Positions 1 through 12,824 of a stretch of 64,000 nucleotides of DNA are shown piece after piece. The stretch is taken from the NCBI GenBank assembly GCA_964016885.1, contig OZ024742.1, positions 29,760,001 through 29,824,000 of the forward strand, read 5' to 3'. Every line of letters begins with the position of its first letter. The first letter of the stretch is position 1. Position numbers and translations under genes: made by a program. The notes under the pieces were generated by a model, which was not told the DNA's origin, did no database searches, and saw only the letters and a list, made by a program, of their open reading frames with translations. The stretch comes from Eledone cirrhosa. Taxonomy: Eukaryota.

Positions 1-124
1 GATAACAATGTATTTCATGTCTGAAATTATTAACTCAACCGTAACGAGTTAACACTATGTAGATCTATTTTATTCCCTATTGTATAAATAATATTACAAA
101 TAAAAAAGAAAAAAAACTCAGAAG

Positions 125-601
125 CGGGTAGCACACACATCTAGGACCACATACAACACATAAGCAAGTAATACACGCATTTAGGATCACATACAACACA
201 TGGGCAGGTAATACACACATCTAGGACCACATTCAACACATAAGGAGGTAGCACACACATTTAGGACCACATACAACACACACGCAGGTAATACATACAT
301 TTAGGACCACATACAACACATAAGCAGGTAATACAAACATCTAGGACCACATACAACACATAATCAGGTAGTACGAACATCTAGGACCACATACAACACA
401 TAATCAGGTAATACATGCATCTAGGACCACATACAACACATAAGGAGGTAATACACACATCTAGGACCACATACAACACATAAGCAGGTAATACATACAG
501 CTGGGACCACATGCAATACATAAGAAGGTAATACATACATCTAGGACTACCTATAACACACAGGCAGGTAATACATACATCTAGGACCAAATACAACACA
601 C
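125..601. repeat. 40-bp minisatellite, ~12 copies (consensus CTAGGACCACATACAACACATAAGCAGGTAATACACACAT)
   Basis: Unit recurs at 141, 181, 221 ... 581 with exact 40-nt period and scattered substitutions; no unique spacers. Confidence 0.95.
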
Positions 602-1667
602 ATTGTATCATGTGCTACGGACGACGCAAGAGCAATGGTCGGCCAACATAAGGGTTTCGTCACTCTTCTGAAGAAAGAAAATCTATCTGTATTTGTTGTT
701 CATTGTGTCATTCATCGACAACACTTGGCTGCGAAGAAACTCAGCAAGCCTCTGAGCAAATCCTTGCAGGTGGCCCTTGATGTCATCAATTTTATCAAAC
801 AGTATTCCCTCAATGAACGAATTTTCTGGCAACTGTGCCAAGATAATGACGAAGAACTCGTCAAGTTTCTCCTTCATAATGGAGTGAGGTGGCTTTCAAA
901 GGGCAAGTGCCTTACTCACTTCTTTGAACTGTTCGACTCTATCATTGAGTTTCTACGAGGACGCAACACAGAACTGTACAAGAAAACCCTCCATGTGAGG
1001 CAAGACTGCGCCTACCTCACCAACATCGTCGACAAATGCAATAGCGTCATTTTGGCTTTGCAGGGGAAGAAGATCACCTTGCTTAAAGCAAGGAATGATG
1101 TGAAAACATTCCTGGCCAAATTGAATGTCATCGAAAGGAATCTTTGTTGACGGGAATTCTATAATTTTCCTAGTGTCGCCAATGTTCAAAACATTGTAAG
1201 CGATGACCAGCTCCAAATTTATACCGCTCACCTCTGTGCGCTACAAGACAACATGAGAGAACGGTTTGTCGACCTTTTGCCGATGGACATCACAATGTGG
1301 ATAGCAGATCCCTTCATAGCTAATGTCGATGATTTGGACGTTATATTTCAGGAAGAATTCATTGAACTTCAAGCAGATGACATGATCAAAATTAGATTTC
1401 CTAAAATAGGTGAACCCCTTTTTTTGGATGCAAGAGGAAATTCAATGTCGATTTCCACACCTACATGTAGAGGCTCAGAGATTTGCTCTGCCTTTTCCAA
1501 GCTCATACTTAGTCAAGAGGAGGTTTGGTGCTGTTTCCAGACTGCACAGTAAGGCTGGCAACTGCTACAATGTAATTACACGTGGAGATCTCCGGCTACA
1601 TCTTATGAAAATCCAGCCTGACGTCAAAGAGTTAGCTCGACTCCATAAAGTTCAAGAGTCCCATTGA
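602..1667 (+). pseudogene. Decayed hAT (Charlie/Buster-type) transposase, C-terminal portion
   Basis: IVSCATDDARAMVG (TDGA-like), HCVIH (CxxH), VRWLSKG, and a C-terminal dimerisation-like region LPFPSSYLV...GDLRL; stop at 1148-1150 and frameshift near 1410. Confidence 0.88.
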
Positions 1668-2319
1668 AATGAGGTCAAAGTTAAAGTAAGTTGATTTATC
1701 CGAAAACTTGGATATGCTATTGTTACAAAGCAAACTAACAATTTTTTTTATTTGAAGTTGCAGTCTGACTGGACTGGAAACCATCTACTACAATTCACTT
1801 ACTCATTTGTTGTATATATTTTACCATTTACTAATAAATATACCCTAACGCGTGGTCATGAAAACCCTCTTCCGTGGTCTCTAAGCTCACAAAGCAGAGG
1901 GGACATCAAGTTAGATATCAACATTTATTCTGTCCGTTTCATTAAAGGGAAAATTGGAAAGCTTTGAAATGATATAATTGCCACTTTCTTCCAGATAAGA
2001 GCACTCTTGGGATAGACAGAGTTGCTCTTGTATAATTGTTCAAAATAGCTGGTATCGCCTGGTGGGAATATAACACATTCAACTGGTCCTTATTCATAAA
2101 AAAGAACATTTATGTTCCTTTTTTTGAAATTTATATATTTCCTTTCAAGGAATGTATTTATACTCTCAGCTGCCTGCAATAGTATCTTTGGAATATTGTT
2201 AATCAATATTTTAGTAATCTACTGATATCAAAATCAGTAGTATATTGAAAAATGGAAAAATGGGGGGGGGGGGGGCGTTTCGTGATTTCGGGGGACAAAA
2301 CGGGGGTTTGGCCTAAATG

Positions 2320-2334
2320 GGTTGAGAACCTGTG
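2320..2334 (+). mobile_element. Probable 3' terminal inverted repeat of the hAT element
   Basis: GGTTGAGAACCTGTG; its reverse complement resembles the Charlie-type end CAGGGGTTCTCAACC; lies downstream of the transposase. Left TIR not seen. Confidence 0.5.
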
Positions 2335-2699
2335 CTGTAAACGATCATTTCCATTACATTCGCTTTCTTTGCATAACACTTCAAAAATATTAATCTTTAT
2401 ACTAGCCTCTCTTGCTACATGAATCATAAGGCCTATTGTTAGTCACATAAATTTTACAAACTATGTTTTGCTCTTTACATACACCCTACTCAATATTTTT
2501 CATCCTCCTTTCCCATACCGTTTCTCCCTAATTTCTTTTTTCCTACCACTCTCCATCTTTCACTCAGCACAACGTGACAGCCTTTTTTTCCAAATGAACC
2601 TAATTACGATAAATTAAATCACGTATGTTTGCCAGAAAAAAAAACCTTCTTTCAACCAATGGAAAGCTTTAAATTAAATGGTTAAAGCTAAATATGTTG

Positions 2700-2948
2700 T
2701 TGTGACAGCTCACACCTATGCAGGTTTAGCTGGCCTCCTCCAAGGTATATCTCGTTGGAGGTGTCTTGGGTGATTTAATGAGAGGGACCCCAGTCCTATT
2801 ATCTCATTTCTACAGCTGAGTAAACTGGAACAACGTGAAATAAAGTGTATTGCCCAAGGAAACAACACATCACCCGGTCCGAGAATTGAACTCACAACCT
2901 TTCAATTGCAAGCCCAAAGCTCTAACCACTAAGCCATGCACCTTCACA
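2700..2948 (-). mobile_element. tRNA-derived SINE (family 2) with target-site duplication
   Basis: Minus strand has A box TGGCTTAGTGG and B box GAGTTCAATTC; flanked by AAAGCTAAATATGTTG (2684-2699) and AAAGCTAAACATGTCG (2949-2964); related head at 51871. Confidence 0.8.
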
Positions 2949-3332
2949 AAAGCTAAACATGTCGAATGTTAAAAGTGATGACGCGTTTGTGAAGCTTCAG
3001 GTTCGAATAAATATTTAAGCCGCGGCTTCTAACATAATTACCATTTCTTCTAAGTTTTCTCAATCTCAACTAATGTAAATTTGTTGATGGTGGTTTACAG
3101 AACTTAAAACTAATAAGTTCTTTTCTGTGTATTTGTGCATCAAATTCACACATACTTCTATCTCTCTGCTCATTCTCTCCTAATCTCTCTCTCTCCTTCT
3201 CTTTCTCCCTTTTCTCTCTCTCTCTATCTCTATCTCACTCTTTTCTCTCTCTATCTCTCTCTCTCCTTCTCTCTCTCACTCTCTCTCTCCCTATTTCAGT
3301 GTGTGTTGGTGTATATATATATATATATATAA

Positions 3333-3396
<64 letters not shown>

Positions 3397-3399
<3 letters not shown>

Positions 3400-3707
3400 T
3401 TTTGCGAGGTTTTTGATATGAAATCGTGTGTCGAAACAAATATTGTTATACTTGGGGAGGGTCATATTTGTGTAATATTGCCAGAATTAATAACAGAACA
3501 CATTCACTGTTTGGTTGGTGTCTATATTGTATCTGTATTTTTGACCGTTGGTCAGTCAATGGCAACATTGAGGACCGAATAAATTAAATTACCGATATAA
3601 AGGACACAGAAGCGAAAAGCGAAAACCGAAAACCAACCAAACAGTGAGTGTGTTCTGTTATTAATTCTGGCAATATTACACAAATATGACCCTCCCCAAG
3701 TATAACA

Positions 3708-3711
<4 letters not shown>
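3397..3711 (-). mobile_element. PLE pseudo-LTR 3' end with inverted copy, embedded in (TA)n
   Basis: 80-bp inverted repeat 3440-3519/3632-3711 (1 mismatch); homologous to the 3' end of the GIY-YIG PLE at 63500-63575 (ATGACCCTCCC.AAGTATAACAATAT...); (TA)n on both sides. Confidence 0.65.
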
Positions 3712-3769
<58 letters not shown>

Positions 3770-3919
3770 ATCTGAGAAGACCTCAGGGGCTGAAACTGTG
3801 ATATCTCTATAAGCTAGTCATTAGTAAACAAATATATTTAACCGCGTTGCTTCAACTATTAATTATAATATTTCGGATTTTAAAATCCTCCTCATATAAA
3901 CAATCTCACAATAATACTG

Positions 3920-4495
3920 TGCTGTGTGTGAGTGTGAGTGTGTTGGTGTGTGTGTTTATGTGAGTGTTGGTGTGTGTGTTTGTGTGCGTTGGTGTGTGTG
4001 AGTGTGTTGGTGTGTGTTGGTGCGTGTGTTTATGTGAGTGTTGGTGTGTGTGTGTGTTGGTGTGTGTTTGTGTGTGTGTGTATGTGTGTGTTGGTGTGTG
4101 TTGGTGTGTTGGTGTGTGTGTGTTTATGTGTGTGTTGGTATGTGTTGGTGTGTTGGTGTGTGTGTTTATGTGTGTGTTGGTGTGTGTTGGTGTGTTGGTG
4201 TGTGTGTTTATGTGTGTGTTGGTGTGTGTTGATATGTGTGTGTGTGTTGGTGTGTGGGTGTGGGTGTTGGTGTGTGTGAGTGTTGGGGTGTTGATGTGTG
4301 TTCGTGTGTTGGTGTGTGTTGGTGTGTTGGTGTGTTGGTGTGTGTGTGTTTATGTGTGTGTTGGTGTCTGTTGGTGTCTGTTGGTGTGTGTTGGTGTCTG
4401 TTGGTGTGTGCTGGTGTGTGCTGGTGTGTGTGTTTATGTGTGTGTTGGTGTGTGTGTGAGTGTGTTGATGTGTGTTAGTGTGTGTTGATGTGTGT
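3920..4495. repeat. (TG)n/TGTTGG compound microsatellite
   Basis: Direct reading. Confidence 0.95.
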
Positions 4496-4502
4496 TCGGA
4501 TC

Positions 4503-4540
4503 TAGCTGTCGAAACGGCCGGAGCTCAGCCGTCGAGGTCC
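4503..4540 (+). ncRNA. 3' half of a hammerhead ribozyme (same family as 63619-63712), truncated
   Basis: TAGCTGTC-GAAA-CGGC-loop-GCCG-TC-GAGGTC, followed closely by (TA)n; 5' core absent. Confidence 0.55.
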
Positions 4541-4550
4541 TGACTCCTTC

Positions 4551-4597
<47 letters not shown>

Positions 4598-4694
4598 GTG
4601 GTAGAACACTGGAAGATAATATCCGTAGTGGTAGAGCACTCAGTCCATGGGACGCGTTAGGTAGAAGTGGTTACACAACAGTTAGTTCACCATA

Positions 4695-4734
4695 ACGAGA
4701 ACAATTGCTTCACCTTAGCGGATCTTCAGCTCGT
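4695..4734 (-). ncRNA. Decayed minimal type I hammerhead ribozyme
   Basis: ACGAG-CTGAAGA-T.CC-GCTAA-GG.T-GAAG-CAATTG-TT-CTCGT: 5-bp stem I, palindromic stem III, GAAA mutated to GAAG. Confidence 0.55.
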
Positions 4735-4859
4735 AATTACGAAACAATATATATTTATAATTATATCAAACATATATCCATAGAAATATTCCTTTTACTA
4801 ATTCTGCTCCTTCTAGTAGAGCTGACATATATAGAGTTACCAGTATGTTGATCAAAGAC

Positions 4860-5090
4860 TATCTTCCTTTGTCCCTAAAGAACATACCTATACGAAAAAC
4901 TACTGATTAATAGTGTCAACTCTTTTATTAAAAGAGTTAGATGGAAGGCTTTCCACTATCATAAGAACCGCGCTGTGAAAAAGCAAGATGCACCTTCGTT
5001 TGAAACATACGGCTTCAAAACATATAAAAGCCCTCCACTCAATATCTTACCTGACTCATTTGAAAACGACCTTGTGTCACTTACCAGTGC
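4860..5090 (+). pseudogene. N-terminal fragment of a PLE ORF
   Basis: SLKNIP / YEKLLINSVNSFIKRVRWKAFHY...ETYGFKTYKSPPL...FENDL, which resembles from memory the N-terminus of invertebrate PLE ORFs; frameshifted. Confidence 0.6.
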
Positions 5091-5452
5091 TGCCTGTAAT
5101 TGTATTCTTTCAAGCAGCACATCTGTTTAACTCCTGACTCTCCACATGATGCCTTTGACACTAATAACAATTATGTACCCTAAACGTTCTAAATGACTAG
5201 GATTTTAGTTACATGTTTCGACATTCCTTATGCTCCGATGATTCCAGACTTCCCTCTGGAAGAAACAATTGTCAGCTAATAAATGTTCTAAACTAAAATT
5301 TGATCGTTTCAACACTTTGTATCTTGGCTCTGTAAAACACTTGAAAATTTTGCATTGAGCCTTTTGTCATACTGGTAACCGGCTAGTACTTAGTACTACC
5401 CTACATATTTATAGTTATATCAAACATATATAATTATAAATATTCCTTTTAC

Positions 5453-5510
<58 letters not shown>

Positions 5511-5917
5511 GGGCGGTGGAACTGAGAGCCCCTCCCCCCTAATGATTATATTTTTCTCCCTAAAATACCAAAATACACAACTATTTGTATATGCGCTATA
5601 AGTTATGTACATGTTATGTAGAGATAAATGGGAGAGATAGATGTAGAGAGGGGGAGAGTTTTGTGGTAATTGATATAAATTTCTATTGATTTGCCACCAG
5701 GGCATCAAAGATTGGGACAAATACAAAGGGGGGAGTTTACATACATTTAAAAAGACGTGTAAAAACATATAACAAATTAAATTTAACAATCGAATTCCTC
5801 AATAGGGAGGGGCGTTGACATGGGTCGCACACACATCCGAAAAAATGTGCAACCCTCCTCTTCAGGAGCACAAAGAGCGGGTGCTTCCTTCCTCTTCTCA
5901 TTCTTCTCTTCTCTCAC

Positions 5918-8900
5918 CTACAGGCTGATATAGAGAGAAGGCCCATTCACTCGGGCCATTCTCGCTACTTTCACCCACCTTTCATAAAACTTGCTGGGGT
6001 AGAGCACCTCTCTCTCCATTCTGATCCTTCTTCTAAAGTGGTACTTGAAAAAAAAGACCAGTTGTTGGCCGGAGAGAAAGGTGTCTGACCTCAGCCCTTT
6101 CAACCTTGTCCACCATACAACTTCTTTCGCCATAGCTATCACACAGAGGAAAACCGCCTCTCCTTCGTTTTTGAAAGGGGGAGGCGGTTTGATCGTGACA
6201 ATGTTCTCGGTGGTCAACCGGATTGGTCCCACCCGCGACAATAGTCGTTCCACATAGCCCCACAGGTCAGCAACGCCCGGGCAGTGTACGAATGCGTGTG
6301 CGACGGTTTCCTCGTCACGCACGCATCTCAGACAGATCTTCTTCGAGGGGTCCCTACCCGGGCGCCCGTGTCTGTAGAGCTTATCCCGAACGGGTAGAGC
6401 TCCTCGGTAACATTGCCAAGCCAGGGACTTTTGGAAGTTGTCCATCGGTCCCGGGCCAAACGTCCTACCGAACAGACTGGCCAGCTCATCTTCCTCCATG
6501 CCCAGAGCCTCTCCGAGAGCGTCGTCGCACTTACTGCGCACCAACCCTCTATAGAATGTTGAGGTTGAGTCTCCACTGATTGCCGGATCCGCTTACCAGA
6601 GGGTTGTGAGCGCCTGGGCACATTCAATGTGCCAGTTGCCCACTTTTCTCGGTCTTTGCTTGACCCAGGATTGCAGCTTGGTGAGTGAGACGAGTCTCGG
6701 AAAGGCTCGCCTCACACTCAGGGCCCACACCGGCTGACCGGTGAGGAATACCTGGAGGTGCCGTAGCCTTAATGCGTGTCTACGCATCGTCAGCCACGGC
6801 ATCCCCAGCCCTCCGTTCGAAGGGTGTTGACAGCAGATGGATCTTCTCACCAAAGGAGCCCGCTTCTTCCAAAGAAATCGGAAGAGCGCGCGCTCCATTT
6901 TCTCGAGTGTTTTCTCTGGGCAAGACACGACGGTCAAGCGGTAGTAGATAACGGGCGCTATATAAGCGTTCGCCACCTCCGCTCGACCTTTCAGGGATAG
7001 TTTGCACTCGGCTCACTTCTGGGCGAGCGCAAACACCTTGCCCGTTACCTCGTCCCAGTGTTTCTCCATCTGGAGGTCCGGTCCGAACCAGACACTGAGC
7101 AGCTTCACCGGTCCCTCCATCCAGCGTCCGACGATGCCGTCAGAGGGCATCGTTTTGCCCCTCCACGTCCCGAGTTGCAAACCGACGGACTTGTCCCGGT
7201 TCAGCTTGGCTCCTGTGAACCTTTCATATTCCTCCAGTATGGTGCCGATCTTCCCGATTTCCGAGGCGCACGACACCATTACTGTCACGTCATCGGCGTA
7301 GGCCGACACCGCTTTCCGCAATCCCGGTTCCAAGGGGATGCCCTGCAACAGCTCCAGCTTCTGCAGTAGTGGCTCGAGAGCCAGCACATACAGGAGGGAG
7401 GAGAGAGGGCATCCCTGTCGGATGGATAGCGTGATTTGGAACGGCTCCGAAGGGTAGCCGTTCACCTTGACACTCGAGCAGCCCCTGAAAACGGGTCCGA
7501 AGCCTGCCGCCGCGAGCACTGCATCCAGATACCGATGGTCAACCCTATCGAACGCCTTAGATTGATCCAAGTTGATCAGGGCCCCACAAAAGCCGGGTTC
7601 GTTCCCTACCCTCTCTACGATGTATCGCATGAGGTGGAGGTTGTCGTGTATGGACCTGGGCGGGATTGCGCATGTTTGCAATTCTTCCACCAGGTTCCCG
7701 ACGACAAGCGCCACCCTCTTCGCTAACACCTTGGCCAAAATCTTTAACTCTGTGTTTAGCAGAGTTATGGGCCTGACGTTATCTATGTCATCCCCCTTGT
7801 TCTCGTCCTTCCTCACCGGCGTGACTACGCCCTTGGTCACAGAACTGGGAATTCTCTCGTTCTGTTGCCAGTTGCAGTAGACCGCCTCGAGGAGACCGGA
7901 GAACAAGCCCGGCATCGCTACATAAAGTTCGTATGGCAGACCATCGAGACCGGATATTTGCGTTTGCCGCATTGGCTCAGCGCTTCCCCTATTTCAGAGG
8001 CTGAAATCGGCCTTTCGCAGGACTTCGCCTCCCCGTCCGAGAGCCGCGCCAGACCGTCTTGGTATGGACCGAAATCCATTGCCCCACCCGGCCCGCCGTC
8101 CCTCCCGAACAGTCGAGCAAAGCGCCGTTGAAAGGCCGGGCTCATCCGCTCAGGTTCAAGGATCACGCGTCCATCCTGGTCCTTCAAAGACCGAATCGTG
8201 GACTTGTTTCCACTTTTTGCTTCTGTCACTCGGACCCAGCTAACAGCTTTGGCTCCCTCGTTACCCAGAGCACGTATTTTACTCCTGACAACGCAGCCCT
8301 CGTGCTTCGCATCAAAGAACTGGTCTAGGGCCGTTCTTGACGCCAGCACGCCGCCCACGTTGCCACTCCTAATCGCCTCTTCTACTCTATTTGTTAATTC
8401 CCTTTCATTTCTATTCCTATCTGATGCTAATTCCTGACTAAAACCTATCGATTCTATTCTAATTTCTCTCTTGAGAGAGCCCCACCACCTGCTGTTGACA
8501 ATTGCCCCCGTCAAACGCTGCTTAACTAGTGTGCTAATCCGCTTACTGTAAGCTTTGTTTGTCGGTAAAGACAAGTTTAGCTTCCAGTAACCGGGTCCCT
8601 GTCTATGAGTTCTATCAAGGTTGACCACTCCGGTCACCAACTTGTGATCCGAATAGTCAACCATGAACATTCGTGGACAGCTAAATATGTCCCTATCCTT
8701 ATTTCTAACTAGGAACCTATCTAGGTACGACCTAGATATTCCGCTGGGATTAGTCCACGTCCACAGTGGCACAGTCGGAAAATCTAGTCGATATCTATCG
8801 GCCAGATCAAATCGGCCGATTAATTGTTTGAGGCTGTTACACCCACTTCTATCGGGACATGCCCCTACATAGTCCCAACGTGCATCCAGGATACCATTCC

Positions 8901-9324
8901 AGTCCGCCACTAAAAGCAAGGAGCGAGACGTTCCCAGGAAATTCTCCAGGCGTCGGAAGAAGTCCGGTCGCGGTGTCCCAGATGGGGCATACGCTGCCAC
9001 CAGCCTGAAAGCTCTACATTCACCACTGCCGACGTCTAAAACCACCAGTCGACCCTCCGGGTCCAGGTGTACCTTCTGTGTGGCAAGACCCAGGTATTTT
9101 CGCAGCAGAACGACAACCCCACCCCCACCCCTCGGCTGACAGAGAGATGCGTAGATCTCAAAGTCGTCGAAGATGGGGGCCAGTTGGCGCTCGCTGCTGA
9201 TCCTGGACTCGCAAATAACCATTACATCCACTCTGTGCGACCTGAGGTCATTTAAGAGTTTGCCCTGTTTCCAGGACATCCCCAGGCCGCGTGCATTCAC
9301 ACATCCAACTCTTATATTGGCCAT
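5918..9324 (-). pseudogene. Tx1 A ORF2 (APE endonuclease, reverse transcriptase, C-terminal zinc finger), frameshifted
   Basis: NARG, ADWN, SYLDRF, SDH (APE); GLDG, RPITLLN, LDQSKAFDRV, RQGCPLS, AYADD (RT); CLRC...ETVAHAFVHC; breaks near 7960, 7013 and 6590. Confidence 0.93.
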
Positions 9325-9366
9325 GTTGGTGCTGAAGAGTTAAAAAGGAAGAGGAAAGGAAATTAC

Positions 9367-11232
9367 TTACCTCTTTGTCTCCTGGGGACCAGGCTGCACA
9401 ATTTCCATGGGGGTGTTGGAAGGGTTGTTTGGTGGGGTGGTGGTTTGTGGTGGGGTGAGGACATCGATGTGTGGTGGGATTAGGGTGTTTGGTGGGGTGT
9501 GAGTGTCTGGTGTGGTGGTGGGGAAACATCTCAATAGGACGTGGTTAAGTGGTTTGGTGCAGTTGGTCCCCACTTGCATTGGCTGGTTCTTTTTCAAAGT
9601 TACATAGGTTTCCGTTGGGACCCTAATCATCATTAGGTACGGTTTGTTCGCTGCGTAGGTGAAAGTGATCCCTTCGGTTTCCACCGAAGGGTCATTTTCT
9701 ACTGCTTTCATCAACGTTTTATTGTTCTTGTTAATGTATGTATAGAGTTTTTGTTGTGTTGTGTTTGTTTTTGTTTGTTTTTCTTGTGCGTGTTTGCATT
9801 TTGTAGTATGTGTTATGCTTTGGGGAGGGTGGGATTTTTTATTTGTGTTGTTTGTTCTGTTTGTGCTGGTGGTTGTGTGGTTGTGTGTTTGTGGAATTTT
9901 TGTTAATGTGGTGCCTTTTTTTCCGTTTCACCTGTTGAAAGGGTTCTCCCTCGTCGTCACTGGGTGACGTTGATACGGAGTCCTCTTCCGTGTTGTTGGG
10001 GAGGGGTATATTTGGGGGTTTTGTTGTGGTTGCTTTTGTATTTGTTTTAGGTGGGGAGGGGTTGGGTGGAACAGTGTTTTGTGTTGTTATTTTTCCGTGT
10101 TGTTGTGGTTGTTGTTGTTGTTGTTGTTGTGGTGGTGGTGGTGGTGGTGGTGGTGGTGGTGGTGGTGGTGGTGGTGGTGGTGGTGGTGGTGGTGGTTGTG
10201 TTGTTGTGTTCGGGGTTGGCAGAAGAGCCTTTTTTTTTACTCGTTAATTGAGGACAGGCAGCCCTCAGGTGACCCCTGCTTAAGCAGTGGTAACATGACG
10301 GCCGCCTTCCCTCCACTGAAATGTTTATATAAGTTAGCCCGTCCAGAGGCACGCGTTGTGGAATATTCGCTATTCGTTCTGGGTTCATTTGCACCAGAAC
10401 TTCTACGCTGATCCCACCAAATACACCTCCGGAGGACTTTCCTATTGAAATTGTCTTGTCTTCATCAAAATCAATGATTCCACATAGTATCCACCAAATA
10501 TTTACATTTGGTGTGATACTCATTATTTTTATTCTTTGTGTCCTTTTTCCCCTGTATGTGGGGAAAAAGGTGAAGCGGGGGGACACAATGGGTGATACCG
10601 AGTACTTTTGTGCTGTTGACTGGTTGTTCATTAGCACCGAAATGCTACCAAACAGTTTACCTTTTTGTATGAAGGTTATGTCCTTCATTGCATCTTTTAG
10701 AACCATCAATTTCATTTTGTGGTAATTGAGCTGGTTTTCTTGTTTGGTTAGATATTGTCCTGAAAACTGTGGTTTTCGGGGCAGCCTCTCTACGTAATTC
10801 CTGTGGAGAATTGATGCTAAAAGCACCGTTTTCGCCAAAAGTCACGAATTGTTTTGCGTCTTGTAATAGTTGTTTAGCATTTTTTATGTCTATTGGCGTG
10901 TATAGTTCGTTTTTTTTTTACAGTCTGTGCGAATGTTGTTTTGGTGTTGTTGTCTTTTTTGTTGCTGCTGTTGTTCTCACTGTTGGTAATATTGTTCATG
11001 TTTTCCTTGGTGTTGCTATTGTTGCAGTTTTGGTTGTGGTGTTATTGTCATTGTTCTTGTTGTTGGTGCTGGTATTATTTACCGGGTTTGGCTTCGTGGT
11101 TTCAATATTTTCAACGTTTTTCGATAATGCGAGGGGGGAAGGCTGCAAGCTTTGTACTCCTACCTTCCCTCCGCCACTTTTCTTAGTGGGCATGGCACTC
11201 ATGACAGTGTGCGAGGTGGAAATGGCATCCAT
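9367..11232 (-). pseudogene. Tx1 A ORF1 (gag-like, zinc knuckle), disrupted
   Basis: VEGRRPSCYHCLSRGHLRAAC (CX2CX4HX4C), homologous to ORF1 of element B; contains in-frame poly-Thr microsatellite at ~10100-10207. Confidence 0.8.
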
Positions 11233-11434
11233 TGCTGACTACCAAGTCTACACAGTTTTGAGATGAAAATGAAAATTTCGCCCCGGAAAGGGGCGAAAAT
11301 TAGTTGACTCAACGTCTGAAAGCCCAGACAAGGGGTTAAACTAAACAATGCTATTAAATTGAGCAATGAACTCACAGTTGTTTTTTACAATAATCCGTAA
11401 AAATCCGGAGCGAAGTAATTCACGTCTATATCAA

Positions 11435-11754
11435 GTGGTAATTGATATAGAGGAAGTTTGGGAGAGACTTCCGTGTAGTAGATATAGAGAGGGGAGAGTT
11501 TGGTGTTACTTGATATAGAGAGAGGGGTTGGAAGAGAGTTCCATGTAGTAGATATAGAGAGGGGGGGAGTTCGGTGTTAATTGATAGTCAGAGACAGAGG
11601 GGGATTTCGAGAGAATGCTGTATGGTAGGTATAGAGAGGGGGAGAGTTTGGTAGTGATAGATAGAGTGAAAGGGAACGAGAGAAAGTGTTGTGTGGTATA
11701 TATAGAGAGAGTTTGGTGGTAATTGATATAGTGAGGGGTGTTGGGAGAGAATTC
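11435..11754. repeat. Degenerate GA-rich minisatellite (GATATAGAGAGGGGGAGAGTTTGGTGGTAATT-like)
   Basis: Unit recurs here and at 5630-5677 on the other side of Tx1 A, so the LINE inserted into it. Confidence 0.7.
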
Positions 11755-12503
11755 CATGCTACCAATCGCCACTTTAGTATCATTTCTATAATTCTTCGAT
11801 GGATCATATTAAAACGCAGCTCTTAGCCAGTTTATTCTGCCTTAAAGAGTCGTTTGTGCTGGTAGAGTTTGCATCACAAATTTCATTGCCTCTTGATGAT
11901 GTTCATATTGAACCACTTTTTGTTGTCGTAGTCTTTCTTCTTGCCTTAATCTTTCTGTTTCCTGTCCCAGGTTCTGTACACTTTCAGAAGGTTTGCGATT
12001 GTCTTTCTTGTTGTCTTAACCATTCTGTTTCTCATCTCATATTCTGATGAATGTCACAATGTTGACTTGACCCTTTATTCCCAACTCTATATTGTTCGTG
12101 AATTTCTCTTTCACTTGAAGATTTCAACCGTTTGGCGGACATTGTAACTCCCCCGATAGATGAGCTGTGTTTTGGTGACATGATGAAATTAACTTTCTTG
12201 GAAAAATCGTAAAAAATTAAAAAATACAAAGAAATATTTAAAAAATAGAAATAAATGCAAGTAGCAGCCTTAGAGAATAGGTTGACACTCTGTCATCTGA
12301 ATTAGGTCAGCATGACACTATCCTCAAAAAGCTAAATTAATATACACCGTAGATTAATTTCAAAAAGTATCAATTTTTTTCTGTGTTCCGTAAAATCAAA
12401 GATTGGTATAAAGCGACTTTATAAAAGCTAACGCAATATTGTTAAAAATTCAACTAATACTTTGATCTATAGTTTAAGCCGATTCTAGACTGTTGTGGGA
12501 CGT

Positions 12504-12543
<40 letters not shown>

Positions 12544-12621
12544 AGATGTGTGTGTGTAGTTTTCGTTAAAATCAACCAACCAACCAACGAATAAATGTCT
12601 CTCTCTTATATTATATATAGT
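11755..12621 (-). mobile_element. 5' fragment of a Helitron (RepHel N-terminus, decayed)
   Basis: Minus strand reads WLRAAF*YDPSKNYRNDTKVAIGSM preceded by a charged MSPKHSSSIGG...KRLK region; putative 5' end CTATATATAATATAAG near 12620 followed by (GTTG)n. Confidence 0.6.
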
Positions 12622-12695
12622 TTAGCAAATAATCATTTTCTTCGAATGACTAAACTCGATTACAATATCAAATTATTTGTATAGCCAAACGTTGA

Positions 12696-12735
<40 letters not shown>

Positions 12736-12790
12736 ATAATAAATACGAAGACTAAAATCCTATGAGGGTTCGATAAGGATTACATATATA

Positions 12791-12824
<34 letters not shown>

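Larger units (their letters stand above)
5678..11434 (-). mobile_element. Near full-length Tx1-clade (L1 group) non-LTR retrotransposon A
   Basis: ORF1 with CCHC knuckle, ORF2 APE-RT-zinc finger, 3' UTR; candidate 15-bp TSD GTGGTAATTGATATA at 5663-5677 and 11435-11449. Confidence 0.92.

Noticed and set aside
125-601. CRISPR-like periodicity in the 40-bp array (also the 49-bp array at 33883 and the 21-bp array at 26594)
   Set aside because: Units are contiguous with no unique spacers, there are no cas genes, and the context is eukaryotic.
602-1667. Domesticated ZBED5/SCAND3/GTF2IRD2-like host gene
   Set aside because: Premature stop, frameshift, missing N-terminus and a TIR-like end indicate a dead transposon.
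2655-2968. Possible ancient HHR split by the SINE (AGCTTTAA/TTAAAGCT hairpin, then AAA-CATG-TC)
   Set aside because: No recognisable CUGANGA core; too decayed to call.
3772-3800. CTGAGAAGACCTCAGGGGCTGAAAC hammerhead-like motif
   Set aside because: Core is incomplete and stems I and III do not form; at best a relic.
12755-12782. Hairpin AATCCT...AGGATT in a TA island
   Set aside because: Lacks CUGA and GAAA cores.
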